From Cyanobacteriota bacterium (GTDB lineage: Bacteria; Cyanobacteriota; Cyanobacteriia; Thermostichales; Thermostichaceae): a stretch of DNA of 64,000 nucleotides. The DNA lies in assembly GCA_033764955.1 (NCBI GenBank), contig JANRIL010000048.1, positions 73,267 through 137,266 of the forward strand, written 5' to 3'. The translations under genes were made by a program, and so were the position numbers. Positions 53,524 to 63,865 of this stretch are shown piece after piece; the first letter of the stretch is position 1, and every line of letters starts with the position of its first letter. The notes beneath the pieces were generated by a model. It saw nothing but the letters and a program-made list of their open reading frames with translations, had not been told where the DNA came from and did no database searches.

Positions 53524-53760
53524 ATGGTTGCCTTCTTTGAATTTCTCTGGTCTGCTTCAGCGGTTTTGTTGATTGTCTTGGTCTTGTTACATAGCCCAAA
53601 AGGGGATGGACTGGCGGGCATTGGCGGGCAAGCCCAGCTATTTTCCAGTGTCAAAAGTGCGGAGCAGAACCTCAACCGTTTCACCTGGACAGTAGCGACC
53701 CTATTTTTGGGGATCAGTGTTTTGCTGGGAGCAGGCTGGCTGACGAAAGCCGTCGGATAA
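53524..53760 (+). CDS. secG: Preprotein translocase subunit SecG
   Basis: LVLLHSPKGDGLAGIGGQAQLFSS.KSAE.NLNR.TW. Confidence 0.95.
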   Translation: MVAFFEFLWSASAVLLIVLVLLHSPKGDGLAGIGGQAQLFSSVKSAEQNLNRFTWTVATLFLGISVLLGAGWLTKAVG

Positions 53761-53811
53761 CGTGCACGCTCAAAGCTGCCTAAATACAACCGAGTAAACC
53801 AGTAAGACAGG

Positions 53812-54330
53812 TTGGGGGAAATGGATATAACAGCTCTCCTAGCTCAGGTATGGCGTTGGCTGCATAGTGGCTCTAGGGATCCCTTATCTACCCAATCCTC
53901 TATCCACCATTTGCCCCCTCATCTACGCCGTCATTATCGAGAGCTAAAAGCCTACCAACGCACCTATCTAGCGGAACTCAACCAGTTGGAGAACAAAGTT
54001 CAGCGTAATCGAGCCTTGATGCAGGAGGCGGTTCGGCTGCGGGTACAATTTGCCCAGTCTGCTTCATTTGCCCAAAAAGCCGAGATGTTTGACCGCATTG
54101 TGGTTTTGCTTAACCAACAAGTGAAGGATATTCACCAGTTAGCCGATCTCTACCGCAAAGTTTTATCCGATGTGGAGGCTCAACTGGGGTTGCTGACTTC
54201 CCCTCTTTTTGCCACGCTTGACCAAATCACTCTCAACTGGATCCCAGAGATTGAACAGATTCGTCACCAAATTCAGGCCATCGAAGCTGAGTTGGAAGAG
54301 CGGCAGGTGTTGATGGAACTTAACCCCTAG
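53812..54330 (+). CDS. Hypothetical coiled-coil protein
   Basis: 172-aa helical ORF with heptad pattern. Confidence 0.55.
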   Translation: MGEMDITALLAQVWRWLHSGSRDPLSTQSSIHHLPPHLRRHYRELKAYQRTYLAELNQLENKVQRNRALMQEAVRLRVQFAQSASFAQKAEMFDRIVVLLNQQVKDIHQLADLYRKVLSDVEAQLGLLTSPLFATLDQITLNWIPEIEQIRHQIQAIEAELEERQVLMELNP

Positions 54331-54636
54331 CGACAATACCCCAACATCCAAGGAAGTAGCCAAAACCATACCCTGAAAAGGATTTATCGTATCCACTCAC
54401 GGTGGAAACTGCTGTATTTAGTATTTACCAGAGATAGATTAAATAACATGGTTACAAAATGGATGAGAAGGCTAGTAAAAAAACTTTATCCTTAGCCATA
54501 ACCGGAATTGTGGAGGTTTTTGCCGTGATATCCAGTTCCATACTGTCCGTTTCAGTCAACTTGTCTGCTTATACGAGAAGTCCTTTGAGCCTCTTCTCAC
54601 AAGGGAAATAGACGTAACGAATGAGTTAGTCATACA

Positions 54637-54708
54637 AGCTGGTGAAGGGATTTGAACCCCCGACCGGCTGATTACAAATCAGCTGCTCTACCCCTGAGCT
54701 ACACCAGC
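54637..54708 (-). tRNA. tRNA-Thr(UGU), CCA not encoded
   Basis: GCTGGTG acceptor stem, D-arm TAGCTCAGGGGTAGAGC, anticodon arm CTGAT-TTGTAA-TCAG, T-arm GGTTCAAATCC. Confidence 0.95.
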
Positions 54709-54822
54709 AGAAGCATGAATGTAGGATAACAGTACAAATGGACATACACGCTAGCTTATTTTTAGGCAAATGACCAGATCGTTTTCTGGATCATCATCCT
54801 CTACCCGTGAGAGTGGTAGCCC

Positions 54823-55467
54823 CTAGGCCATACGTTGTTTTTTGCCAATTCCACTCTCCATAGCCCAGCGCGCCAACTCAGTGCGGTTATGTAGACCTGT
54901 TTTGCCCAGCATATTGCTGACGTGGCTCTCGATGGTGCGTTGACTTACATTCAGAGCCTCAGCAATTTCTCGGTTCGACATGCCTTTTGCCACATATTGA
55001 ATGACACGAGTTTCAGTCGGGGTCAACTCAATCTTGGGATCCAACTGCATGATGGGCTGTAAGCCGATATTCTGCATCTGGAGAAGTCGATCGGTGTGTT
55101 TGAGGGAAGATTCGACCTGAGCGACCAATTCTTCTGGCTCAAACGGCTTGACCATATAGACATCTGCCCCGGTGGTTAGGCCGCGCACACGGTCAGCCGT
55201 CTGGCCTCGCGCCGAGAGAAAAATAACAGGTACCCAATCCGTAGCCAAGTTGGAGCGAATCGTCTCTACAAAGGCATAGCCATCCATCTCTGGCATCATG
55301 ACATCACAGATAATCAAGTCTGGAGTAAAGTCACTCATGACCTCAAGAGCTTCTCGGCCATTGCCCGCCGGAATCACCTCGTAGCCGCGAAACTCCAGAT
55401 AGTCCTTGACCAGCAAAATTAAGTTGGGGTCGTCATCAATCAGCAACAACTTCTTTTGAATATCCAC
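54823..55467 (-). CDS. NarL/LuxR-family response regulator
   Basis: REC (IDDD, CDVMMP) plus LTPTE...SNREIAEAL HTH. Confidence 0.93.
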   Translation of the reverse strand: MDIQKKLLLIDDDPNLILLVKDYLEFRGYEVIPAGNGREALEVMSDFTPDLIICDVMMPEMDGYAFVETIRSNLATDWVPVIFLSARGQTADRVRGLTTGADVYMVKPFEPEELVAQVESSLKHTDRLLQMQNIGLQPIMQLDPKIELTPTETRVIQYVAKGMSNREIAEALNVSQRTIESHVSNMLGKTGLHNRTELARWAMESGIGKKQRMA

Positions 55468-55718
55468 TTGTCACCCTCTGGCTGGCTTATCCGTAATATT
55501 ATCATCATACCTAGTTCCTAGAGATTCTCTCACACGGATACGTAAAATTTAGCAACTATCAGGCCAGCATTTTGGACAAGCTTTTGGAGGGGGAAGGGGA
55601 TCCCTTCTTGGGGGCTCCGCTTAATGCTCTACAGGCGGAGAGTTGGGAAGAAACCTCAGCCCTTAAGATCGTATGAAGGAAGAAGATAAGTAGGTCATTC
55701 GGTTATAGGAGAAGCAGT

Positions 55719-56687
55719 GTGGTAGATCCGCTTCCTCAAACGGGGGTATCCGTGCGAAGAGGAGTTCAGCGAACACAATTCGTAGTAAAAGTAGTGATCA
55801 CAATCACATTAATGGGTGGGTTATTGTATCAGGTCGATTGGTGGGAATTGTTGTATAAAATACAAACATTTTCGTTAAGCACGTTGGGATTAGGAATAGG
55901 TTTGCTAGGGCTTTCCCAAACCTTGACGGCTCGGCGCTGGCAAGTGGTATCACGCCCGTTTTTCCCGCATATTAAATTTGGGCGATTTTGGCAATTGTAT
56001 ATGGCAGGACTTTGTTTGGGGTTGGTCTTGCCAACGGCTGTCGGGGGAGATGTCGGCAAAGCCTATGGGCTGGGGGGATCCCCTCAGGAAAAGGGGTTGG
56101 CAGCCTGGACTGTGTTAGTGGATCGCTACAGTGGCTTGATGGTGCAGTTGGCGCTGGCTATTCTGGGCTGGGTAGCGCTGGCAACCCCCGCCTTGCGAGA
56201 ACTCACGGGTGGATTGGTGACGGTTTTGGCAGCAGGAATTTATGGTAGTTGGGCAATTTTGCCCCTGGTTTTGCATCGTTTGGAGGATCGTTGGCCTCAG
56301 ATTCAGCAGTTGCGGCAATATTGGGATCCCCGATTGATTAGTGAAGTAGGGGGCTATGCCCTAGCTATTCACGTGATTAACTGTGGAATTCATGTGTTGA
56401 TTGGTCACAGCTTGGGTATAACCTTATCACCAGGTAGCTATATGTTGATCTATTGTTTAGCGGCAATAGCAAGTGTTTTGCCGATTAGCCTGGGTGGCCT
56501 AGGGGTGCGGGAAGGAACCTATGTTTATTTGCTGGGAAAAACCGGAATCGATGCCACTACCTCGACCACTTTTGCTGGACTATGGTTTGTCACATTATTA
56601 TTGGTCAGTCTCTCCGGATCCCTAGCCATCTGGAGTCTCTGGCAGTCCAAATCCAATCATTCCACCCCGCCACCTGCTAAAGATTGA
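55719..56687 (+). CDS. Lysylphosphatidylglycerol-synthase TM / flippase-like membrane protein
   Basis: LPTAVGGDVGKA, VLVDR, PISLGGLGVRE. Confidence 0.85.
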   Translation: MVDPLPQTGVSVRRGVQRTQFVVKVVITITLMGGLLYQVDWWELLYKIQTFSLSTLGLGIGLLGLSQTLTARRWQVVSRPFFPHIKFGRFWQLYMAGLCLGLVLPTAVGGDVGKAYGLGGSPQEKGLAAWTVLVDRYSGLMVQLALAILGWVALATPALRELTGGLVTVLAAGIYGSWAILPLVLHRLEDRWPQIQQLRQYWDPRLISEVGGYALAIHVINCGIHVLIGHSLGITLSPGSYMLIYCLAAIASVLPISLGGLGVREGTYVYLLGKTGIDATTSTTFAGLWFVTLLLVSLSGSLAIWSLWQSKSNHSTPPPAKD

Positions 56688-56747
56688 CGACATTCTTGCT
56701 GTGAGTCCTTTTGGCGAACCTCCACAAGACCTCAATTTCTAAAATAC

Positions 56748-56844
56748 GGTAATGCCCCTAGAGTAATGATACTATTTCCATTTCTTATTTGAGCTATGTT
56801 TATCTGCCCGAACTGTCATTCTTCCAATTTTTTAAATATAGCAA
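56748..56844 (+). mobile_element. IS1-family left end with truncated InsA-like start
   Basis: GGTAATGCCCCTAGAGTAATG end, then ATG at 56796 giving MFICPNCHSSNFFKYSKT (CxxC Zn-finger start). Confidence 0.5.
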
Positions 56845-57133
56845 AACTCCACCAGTGTTGAACGACAACTTAATAGCGGACAAAAGAAGCGAGAATATAA
56901 TATTTTGGCTCCACAAAAGTATTATATTGGAATGACCATATATAGTTATGATGGTGTATTTAATCCTGCAATGGGTGGAGATTCCAAGGATTTACGGAAA
57001 AAACTGTTAGATAAATTTATGTATATCTAAATTGTAATACGCCAAACTAGGAATTTTATCCATTGGATGAATCTGACTGTCTCAGATTCTCAATTGTAAA
57101 GTTTTATCATTAGCGTTCAACACTGGTGGAGTT
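56845..57133. mobile_element. Internally deleted IS4-like element (MITE-like) with 20-bp perfect terminal IRs
   Basis: AACTCCACCAGTGTTGAACG (56845-56864) and CGTTCAACACTGGTGGAGTT (57114-57133); interior encodes MVYLILQWVEIPRIYGK/LLDKF, resembling an IS4 transposase C-terminus. Confidence 0.7.
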
Positions 57134-57171
57134 AAGGATTTGCTGTCAAAATTACATATTGAGAGAAAACC

Positions 57172-58455
57172 TTAACCGAATGGGGAGCCGTATGTGAGTG
57201 GCAAAGTAATTGTAAAAGTTGTTCCTATATTCAGATTACTATCCACCTTGATTTTTCCATGATGTAAGTCTACGAAGCGCTTGACTATATTCAATCCCAA
57301 TCCCGTCCCAGGAATATTGCTGACATTTTTGCCGCGATGAAAAGGCTCAAACAGATGGGGTAAATCTTCGGGTGGGATACCAATGCCTTGATCACTAATC
57401 TGAAAGATAACTTGGCCACTACGCTTCGATAATTTCAGACTAATCGGACTTTGATTGGGAGAATAGCGGATTGAGTTAGAAAGAATATTTGTCAAAATCG
57501 ATCGCAACAATTTTTCATCTAACTCTGCAATTATATGTCGATGGCGACTAATGATGGATAGTGAATTTTTGTTGGTTGGAATCTGCATTTCTACAACTAA
57601 TGCCTGACAAAACTGCACTAATTCAATCGAGGCGGGTTGAATCATCAGTCTATGCGCTTCAATTTTACCAATCACTAAAATGTCATTAATCATCTGAGTC
57701 ATGCGTTCTACATCAGTTTTGACTCCCTGAATATAGCTTCGGCGCTGCTCAGGAGATAGATGTGCATCATAGCGATCGAGGGATGACGCCGACAGCAAGA
57801 TGTTGTTGAGGGGATTGCGGAACTCATGACACACCATTGAGACAAAGCGTGATTTGAGTTCACTGAGTTCCTGTAGCTCTTCATTGGCGCGATGGAGTTC
57901 TGCCGTGCGATTGCGAACCTTCAACTCTAGCTCTTCATTGGTTCGTTGTAACAGCGTTTCTGCCCACTTGCGTTGGGTGATGTCCTGAAAGGTGACCACC
58001 GTTCCGATCACTTCGCCATGCTGATTCTGCATGGGCGTGCTGATATATTCCACAGGAAACTTGGAGCCATCTTTGCGCCAGAACACTTCTGTATTGGCGC
58101 GGTGAATTCTTCCGTCTCGAAATGCCTGATAAATCGGGCATTCCTGTATTGAGTAAGGTCGGCCATCTGGTTTGGAGTGATGCAGAACCGAATGCATGGA
58201 CTGACCAATCAGCTCCTTAATGTCCCAGCCAATCATGTTCGCTGCCGCCGGATTCACAAAGGTTACCTTCCCTTCTAGATCCAACCCATAGACTCCTTCT
58301 CCCACCGAGTTCAAAATCAATTCGTGTTGGCGGCGTAGAGTTTCTAGATCCGTTTCCGGTGGTGAGGGAGAAGCAGAGATACAAGAATCGATCAGATAGG
58401 ATGTCTGATTTAATGCCTGGTTTGAGGAAGACTGTATCCAATAATGTTTTGGCAT
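57172..58455 (-). CDS. PAS-domain sensor histidine kinase (soluble)
   Basis: PAS with LHHSKPDG..ECPIY, H-box CHEFRNP, NILSNSIRYS, GTGLGL. Confidence 0.92.
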   Translation of the reverse strand: MPKHYWIQSSSNQALNQTSYLIDSCISASPSPPETDLETLRRQHELILNSVGEGVYGLDLEGKVTFVNPAAANMIGWDIKELIGQSMHSVLHHSKPDGRPYSIQECPIYQAFRDGRIHRANTEVFWRKDGSKFPVEYISTPMQNQHGEVIGTVVTFQDITQRKWAETLLQRTNEELELKVRNRTAELHRANEELQELSELKSRFVSMVCHEFRNPLNNILLSASSLDRYDAHLSPEQRRSYIQGVKTDVERMTQMINDILVIGKIEAHRLMIQPASIELVQFCQALVVEMQIPTNKNSLSIISRHRHIIAELDEKLLRSILTNILSNSIRYSPNQSPISLKLSKRSGQVIFQISDQGIGIPPEDLPHLFEPFHRGKNVSNIPGTGLGLNIVKRFVDLHHGKIKVDSNLNIGTTFTITLPLTYGSPFG

Positions 58456-58594
58456 GATCACTAAGGCTACTAACCAATCAAGCAATGGGTGTGGCTATGT
58501 ATTCTCTTACACTAAATGGATCATTGAATACCGCTACAACCTAAAGATTAAACCTTATGCTACATCACACAGGCCACCCTGTGCCCAAGAAATT

Positions 58595-59359
58595 ATGACA
58601 AAAATTCTGGTGATCGAAGATGAGAAACAGACTCGACATATCTTCATCAGATGTTTAACATTTGAGGGATTTTGTGCAATCGAGGCTGAGAGTGGAACGA
58701 TCGGGATTAAGCTGGCTCAGATACACTCCCCTGATCTGATTATCTGCGACATTATGATGCCTGATCTAGATGGCTATGATGTCCTATCAACAATTCGTTG
58801 CCATCCAGCTACAACAGCCATTCCCTTCATCTTTTTGACTGCCAAAGCAACCATGGCTGATCTCCGCCAGGGTATGGAAATGGGAGCAGATGACTATCTA
58901 ACCAAACCCTGTAGTGTGGATCAATTTCTGGCAGCTATTACCACCCGTTTAGAACGGCAAGCTCAATTGCAATCTTGTTTCCGTGAGCCTCTATTGCACA
59001 GTAAAGCAGAGACTAGATTTTTCCCAGAGTGTTCCCGTCTATCACAGGTGTTTGCCTTCATTGAAGCCAATTATCAACAACCTATCAGCCTGGGTGATGT
59101 TGCCAAAAGAGTGGGCTATTCTCCTGCTTATTTGACTAACCTGGCTCAAGAGCTAACGGGCTATAGCATCAAGCGCTGGATTATAGAACGTCGGATGTCT
59201 CAGGCACGGATGTTGCTGTGCGAAACGGATCGATCAGTACGGCAAATTGCCCTAGAGGTTGGGTATGCAGATGTTGCTTATTTTACTCGCCAATTTCGAC
59301 ACCTGCATGGCGACCCGCCCCAGTCTTGGCGTAATTCTGTACGGTTGCGATTGGCCTAG
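58595..59359 (+). CDS. Response regulator with AraC-type DNA-binding domain
   Basis: REC (IEDE, CDIMMP) plus ISLGDVAKRVGYSPAYL...IALEVGY..YFTRQFR. Confidence 0.9.
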   Translation: MTKILVIEDEKQTRHIFIRCLTFEGFCAIEAESGTIGIKLAQIHSPDLIICDIMMPDLDGYDVLSTIRCHPATTAIPFIFLTAKATMADLRQGMEMGADDYLTKPCSVDQFLAAITTRLERQAQLQSCFREPLLHSKAETRFFPECSRLSQVFAFIEANYQQPISLGDVAKRVGYSPAYLTNLAQELTGYSIKRWIIERRMSQARMLLCETDRSVRQIALEVGYADVAYFTRQFRHLHGDPPQSWRNSVRLRLA

Positions 59360-59481
59360 CACCCTTAAAACCGAAAGAAAGTCCTACTCTTGCCAAAAGA
59401 GTTGCAATGCTATCCCAGAGGCTCCCCTGATATCTTGCAAGGCAACAGACCCAATGCTATTCTCACCGACCGGAGCCATTT

Positions 59482-61053
59482 ATGCTACCTCTCCAAGCCC
59501 GATCTCAGGTTCAAGTCAAGCTCAGTCTTTGTCCCTGTGGGGGATCCCATCTTCCTCAGGATCACTGGCAAGCGGCTGAGGGGATGCCCCATGACCCGGC
59601 AGAGTTGATGGATGATTTGGTCCGGATGGGCTTATATCAGCCTGAGGTGCTAGCCCTAGCAAAAACCTTGACAGAAGTAGAAATGAAAGAAGCCTTGTTG
59701 TTACGTCAAATTGGCGGTGGCAACCCAGAGCGTGAGCGTTTCTATCAGTCATTAATTCGGGAAGCAGGCGGTCTTGATCAGGTCTTTGCCGCGGCGTTTG
59801 GGGTTCAGGCCACCGAGTTTTTTAACAATACGATTCGCAACAGTGATTTTAGCCGTCGGGAGTTCTTAAAGCGAGTTGTGGTGGCCGCAGCCCTGATTGG
59901 TACGGCTACCTACGGTCAGCAACAGATGGCAGATCATCCGTCTCATGCTGCTGAGGTTCCGACAAATTTAGAGAAAAAGGATTTAACCATCGGGTTTATT
60001 CCGATTACCTGCGCGACACCAATTGTCATGTCTGAGCCTTTAGGGTTTTACAGCAAGTATGGCTTAAATGTTCAGGTGAAAAAAATGCCCAATTGGGCTG
60101 CTGTCCGCGATTCGGCAATTGCTGGAGAACTAGATGCCTATCACATGTTGTCCCCTATGCCGATTGCCATCACTTTGGGATTAGGGTCGGCGGCATTTCC
60201 CATCAAGCTGGCCAGTATTGAAAATATTAACGGACAGGCCATAACTATTGCCTTGAAACACAAAGATACCGTCAAAGAGGCCAAAGATTTCAAAGGTTTC
60301 AGGATTGGTGTGCCCTTTCCTTTTTCGATGCACAATATGCTGATCCGCTATTATTTGGCAGCGGGCGGGTTAGATCCTGATAAAGATGTACAGATCTCCC
60401 CCGTGCCTCCGCCCGATAGCGTCGCCAAAATGGCAGCCGGGGAAATTGATGCCATGCTCATGCCGGATCCCTTCAATCAGCGCGCCGTATTTGAGAAGAT
60501 TGGCTTCATCCACCTACTCACCAAAGATCTTTGGGATGGTCATCCCTGCTGTGCCTTTGCCGCTAGCCAGCAGTGGATTGATGCCAACCCCAACACCTTC
60601 CGAGCAGTCAATAAGTCGATTATTGATGCTGCCGCCTACGCCAATACGCCAGCCAACCGACCGGAAATCGCTAAAGCGTTGATTGAGCGCAAATATCTCA
60701 ACCAGCCATTGCCCGTCGTTGAGGCTGTGCTCACGGGTAAGTTTGAGGATGGGTTAGGCAACACCCAAAATGTTCCAGATCGGATTGGGTTTGATCCCTA
60801 TCCCTGGAAGAGTTTTGCCAAATGGATTACCGCGCAGTTGGTACGGTGGGAGTTCATGCCCCTAGAGCAGGCAGACTACACCAAAATTGCTCAAGATATC
60901 TTTCTAACCGATTTGTCGGCGGAACTCCAAAAGGAATTGGGTCAAACGCCCCCAACCGTTGCCGAGCGTTCGGAAACCCTAAAATACGATACGTTTGACC
61001 CCCAGGATCCCTCTGCCTATGTAAACCAACAGATCGAAAAATTCAAGGTTTAG
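59482..61053 (+). CDS. cynA: Cyanate ABC transporter substrate-binding protein (NrtA/CmpA family)
   Basis: GFIPITCATP, ENINGQAIT, SMHNML, HPCC; context upstream of cynS. Confidence 0.85.
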   Translation: MLPLQARSQVQVKLSLCPCGGSHLPQDHWQAAEGMPHDPAELMDDLVRMGLYQPEVLALAKTLTEVEMKEALLLRQIGGGNPERERFYQSLIREAGGLDQVFAAAFGVQATEFFNNTIRNSDFSRREFLKRVVVAAALIGTATYGQQQMADHPSHAAEVPTNLEKKDLTIGFIPITCATPIVMSEPLGFYSKYGLNVQVKKMPNWAAVRDSAIAGELDAYHMLSPMPIAITLGLGSAAFPIKLASIENINGQAITIALKHKDTVKEAKDFKGFRIGVPFPFSMHNMLIRYYLAAGGLDPDKDVQISPVPPPDSVAKMAAGEIDAMLMPDPFNQRAVFEKIGFIHLLTKDLWDGHPCCAFAASQQWIDANPNTFRAVNKSIIDAAAYANTPANRPEIAKALIERKYLNQPLPVVEAVLTGKFEDGLGNTQNVPDRIGFDPYPWKSFAKWITAQLVRWEFMPLEQADYTKIAQDIFLTDLSAELQKELGQTPPTVAERSETLKYDTFDPQDPSAYVNQQIEKFKV

Positions 61054-61067
61054 CGAGGTTTTCAGCC

Positions 61068-61898
61068 ATGACGCATCAGGTACTGCCACTTACCTTAGCT
61101 AGGGCAAAGTTATCCAAACTCAATACCGATCAACAGGCTTTTCTGCTGTTTATTGTGATTTTGCTGGTGTTCTTGGGACTGTGGGAGTTAGGCGTAACCT
61201 TAAAGTTATTTCTGCCGATTATGCCCTCCGCCAGTCAGACGATTGCTGATTTCTGGTTCTGGATCTCGAATCCTTTTTTTGACAATGGCCCCAATGATCA
61301 GGGGGTTGGACTGCTGTTGCTGACGAGTTTGCGGCGGGTGTTAGGCGGATTTTTGATTGGATCGGCGATCGCCATTCCCTTAGGTATTCTGATTGGGTTA
61401 TCTCCAGTCGTATCGAGAGCTGTTGATCCATTTATTCAAATTCTGCGTCCGGTTTCTCCCTTGGCGTGGTTGCCGTTGGGTCTGGCGTTGATGCGAGACT
61501 CCGAAAAAACGGCTCTATTTGTGATTGCGATTACTAGCATTTGGCCCACCTTGATCAATACCAAATTTGGGGTGAGCAATGTGGATTCAGCTTATCTGAA
61601 TGTAGCTCGCACCCTAGGGGCTTCTCGTTGGCGCACCATTACCAAAGTGATTTTACCGGCGGCGGCACCGAATATTGTGTCAGGGTTGCGGATTAGTCTC
61701 GGTATTGCTTGGTTGGTGATTGTGGCAGCAGAAATTTTGCTCAGCGGCGGGATTGGCTACTTTGTCTGGAATGAATGGAATAACCTGAAAATTACTAGCA
61801 TTATCACGGCCATTCTGATTGTGGGATTGGTGGGATTATTGATGGATCGATTGTTTGGTTTGCTGCAACATTGGGTCTCATTTGGGCAAAAGTCTTAG
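61068..61898 (+). CDS. cynB: Cyanate ABC transporter permease (NrtB family)
   Basis: [30 protein letters not shown]. Confidence 0.85.
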   Translation: MTHQVLPLTLARAKLSKLNTDQQAFLLFIVILLVFLGLWELGVTLKLFLPIMPSASQTIADFWFWISNPFFDNGPNDQGVGLLLLTSLRRVLGGFLIGSAIAIPLGILIGLSPVVSRAVDPFIQILRPVSPLAWLPLGLALMRDSEKTALFVIAITSIWPTLINTKFGVSNVDSAYLNVARTLGASRWRTITKVILPAAAPNIVSGLRISLGIAWLVIVAAEILLSGGIGYFVWNEWNNLKITSIITAILIVGLVGLLMDRLFGLLQHWVSFGQKS

Positions 61899-61912
61899 TA
61901 GAGGTTTTAGTT

Positions 61913-62788
61913 ATGCACTCCTCGAATTCTAAATTGATGCTTCCTTCACCTGAAACCACAGCACATTTGTCCTTACACAATGTCTCTAAAGTCTTTCCAG
62001 GACGAACGAGTCTAGTAGATAGAGGGCTGGGTCGCGCCTCAAAGGCATTTCTGGCGATCGCTAATATTGACCTAGAAGTTTTGCCAAACACGTTTGTTTC
62101 AATCATTGGGCCATCTGGTTGTGGCAAATCTACCTTGTTGAGTATTATTGCTGGATTGTCTCAACCCACCACGGGGCAACTCAGCATCAATGGTCGAGCG
62201 ATTTCTGCCCCAGGTCCCGATCGGGGTGTAGTCTTTCAAAATTACGCGCTGATGCCCTGGATGACGGTTGCCGAAAACATTCGGTTTGCTGTGGAAACCG
62301 TTTATCCGGCGATGGGGATCCCTGAACAACAGTCGATTGTGCAGAACTATATTGGCTTGGTGGGGCTGCGAGGAGCGGAAGCCAAACATCCCCATGAACT
62401 CTCTGGCGGCATGAAACAGCGGGTGGGCATTGCTAGGGCACTAGCGATTAATCCACAAATTTTGTTGATGGATGAGCCGTTTGGGGCATTGGATGCTCTC
62501 ACCCGTGGCTTCCTGCAAGATGAAATTGAACGGATTTGGGAGCAAGAACGCAAAACCGTAATTCTGATTACCCACAGCATTGAAGAAGCACTGCTCTTGT
62601 CTGATCAAATTGTCATGATGACGCGGGGGCCGGCGGCGCGCATTGCTCAAGTGCTGGATGTACCCTTTCCCCGCCCGCGCCGCCGGGAGGAATTGGATCA
62701 ATATCCGGGTTATCACGGACTGAAAGCAGCAATGGAACAACATCTTTCCCATGAAACCCGTACTGTAGAAGAGTCCCGTATTCAGTAG
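61913..62788 (+). CDS. cynD: Cyanate ABC transporter ATP-binding protein
   Basis: [39 protein letters not shown]. Confidence 0.85.
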   Translation: MHSSNSKLMLPSPETTAHLSLHNVSKVFPGRTSLVDRGLGRASKAFLAIANIDLEVLPNTFVSIIGPSGCGKSTLLSIIAGLSQPTTGQLSINGRAISAPGPDRGVVFQNYALMPWMTVAENIRFAVETVYPAMGIPEQQSIVQNYIGLVGLRGAEAKHPHELSGGMKQRVGIARALAINPQILLMDEPFGALDALTRGFLQDEIERIWEQERKTVILITHSIEEALLLSDQIVMMTRGPAARIAQVLDVPFPRPRRREELDQYPGYHGLKAAMEQHLSHETRTVEESRIQ

Positions 62789-62852
62789 CGACTTCACTGA
62801 TGCGGGCATACAACCTGCCGAAAGACCTATCTAAGTGATGAAGGAGAAAACT

Positions 62853-63302
62853 ATGTCAAACACGGAAATTTCTGTAATTACCGCAACACTCTTGGCAGCC
62901 AAAAAAGCCAAAGGGATTACATTCACTGATCTGGAGCAAGTGATCGGTCGGGATGAAGTCTGGATTGCCGCTGTGATCTATCGACAAGCAACTGCCTCAG
63001 TTGAGGAAGCAAGTAAGTTACTCTATGCCTTGGGATTGAGCGAAGATCTTGTGCCGGAACTGACTGACTCTTCGGTGAAGGGGTTAGGGCCACTGGTTCC
63101 TACCGATCCCCTGATTTATCGATTTTACGAGATCATGCAGGTGTATGGAATGCCAATGAAGGCGGTGATCCATGAGAAGTTTGGGGATGGCATCATGAGC
63201 GCGATTGACTTCACTTTGGACATTGAAAAAGAAGAAGATCCAAAGGGGGATCGGGTCAAAGTGACGATGAATGGTAAGTTTTTGCCTTACAAGAAATGGT
63301 AG
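62853..63302 (+). CDS. cynS: Cyanase (cyanate hydratase)
   Basis: [30 protein letters not shown]. Confidence 0.97.
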   Translation: MSNTEISVITATLLAAKKAKGITFTDLEQVIGRDEVWIAAVIYRQATASVEEASKLLYALGLSEDLVPELTDSSVKGLGPLVPTDPLIYRFYEIMQVYGMPMKAVIHEKFGDGIMSAIDFTLDIEKEEDPKGDRVKVTMNGKFLPYKKW

Positions 63303-63409
63303 TCAGGATCGTTTCGGGATCATTAACAATAAAACAACCCAATGGGAACATCAAGCTAATGGCAAGAACTGATTGGGTTAGCAAGCAAACGATAGGATGA
63401 CAAACAGCG

Positions 63410-63835
63410 ATGGAAACAAAACCTCCCCTACCACCTTTTACTTTAGAAACCGCCAAAACCAAGGTGAAATCCGCAGAAAATGCCTGGAACACATGCGATC
63501 CTGAAAAAGTTGCTCTCGCTTACACAGAGGATTCCGAGTGGCGCAATAGGGCTGAATTTCTGCGTGGGCGTGAAGAAATTAGAGCTTTCTTAAAACGTAA
63601 GTGGGCAAAAGAACTGGACTATCGTCTTAAGAAAGAGCTTTGGTGCTTTATGGATAATCGAATTGCTGTGCGATTTGAGTATGAGTGGCATGATGATTCA
63701 GGTTTCTGGTATCGATCCTATGGCAACGAAAACTGGGAGTTTGCGGACAACGGCTTGATGATGCGTCGATTTGCTAGCATCAACGACCTGCCCATCCAAG
63801 AGTCTGAACGAAAATTTCGCGGGGAACACACCTGA
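63410..63835 (+). CDS. DUF1348 / SnoaL (NTF2-like) family protein
   Basis: [42 protein letters not shown]. Confidence 0.9.
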   Translation: METKPPLPPFTLETAKTKVKSAENAWNTCDPEKVALAYTEDSEWRNRAEFLRGREEIRAFLKRKWAKELDYRLKKELWCFMDNRIAVRFEYEWHDDSGFWYRSYGNENWEFADNGLMMRRFASINDLPIQESERKFRGEHT

Positions 63836-63846
63836 AACGATCGGTC

Positions 63847-63865
63847 TTACCTTTAGAGCATTACA
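63847..63865 (-). repeat. Candidate IS1-like right end
   Basis: Reverse complement TGTAATGCTCTAAAGGTAA matches the 56748 end at 13 of 19 positions. Confidence 0.35.

Noticed and set aside
54330..54720. tRNA-Thr as an integration site for an island
   Set aside because: No adjacent integrase and no duplicated tRNA 3' end seen in the window.
58486..58520. GTATTCTCTTAC as an NtcA box
   Set aside because: Spacing is N6, not the required N8.
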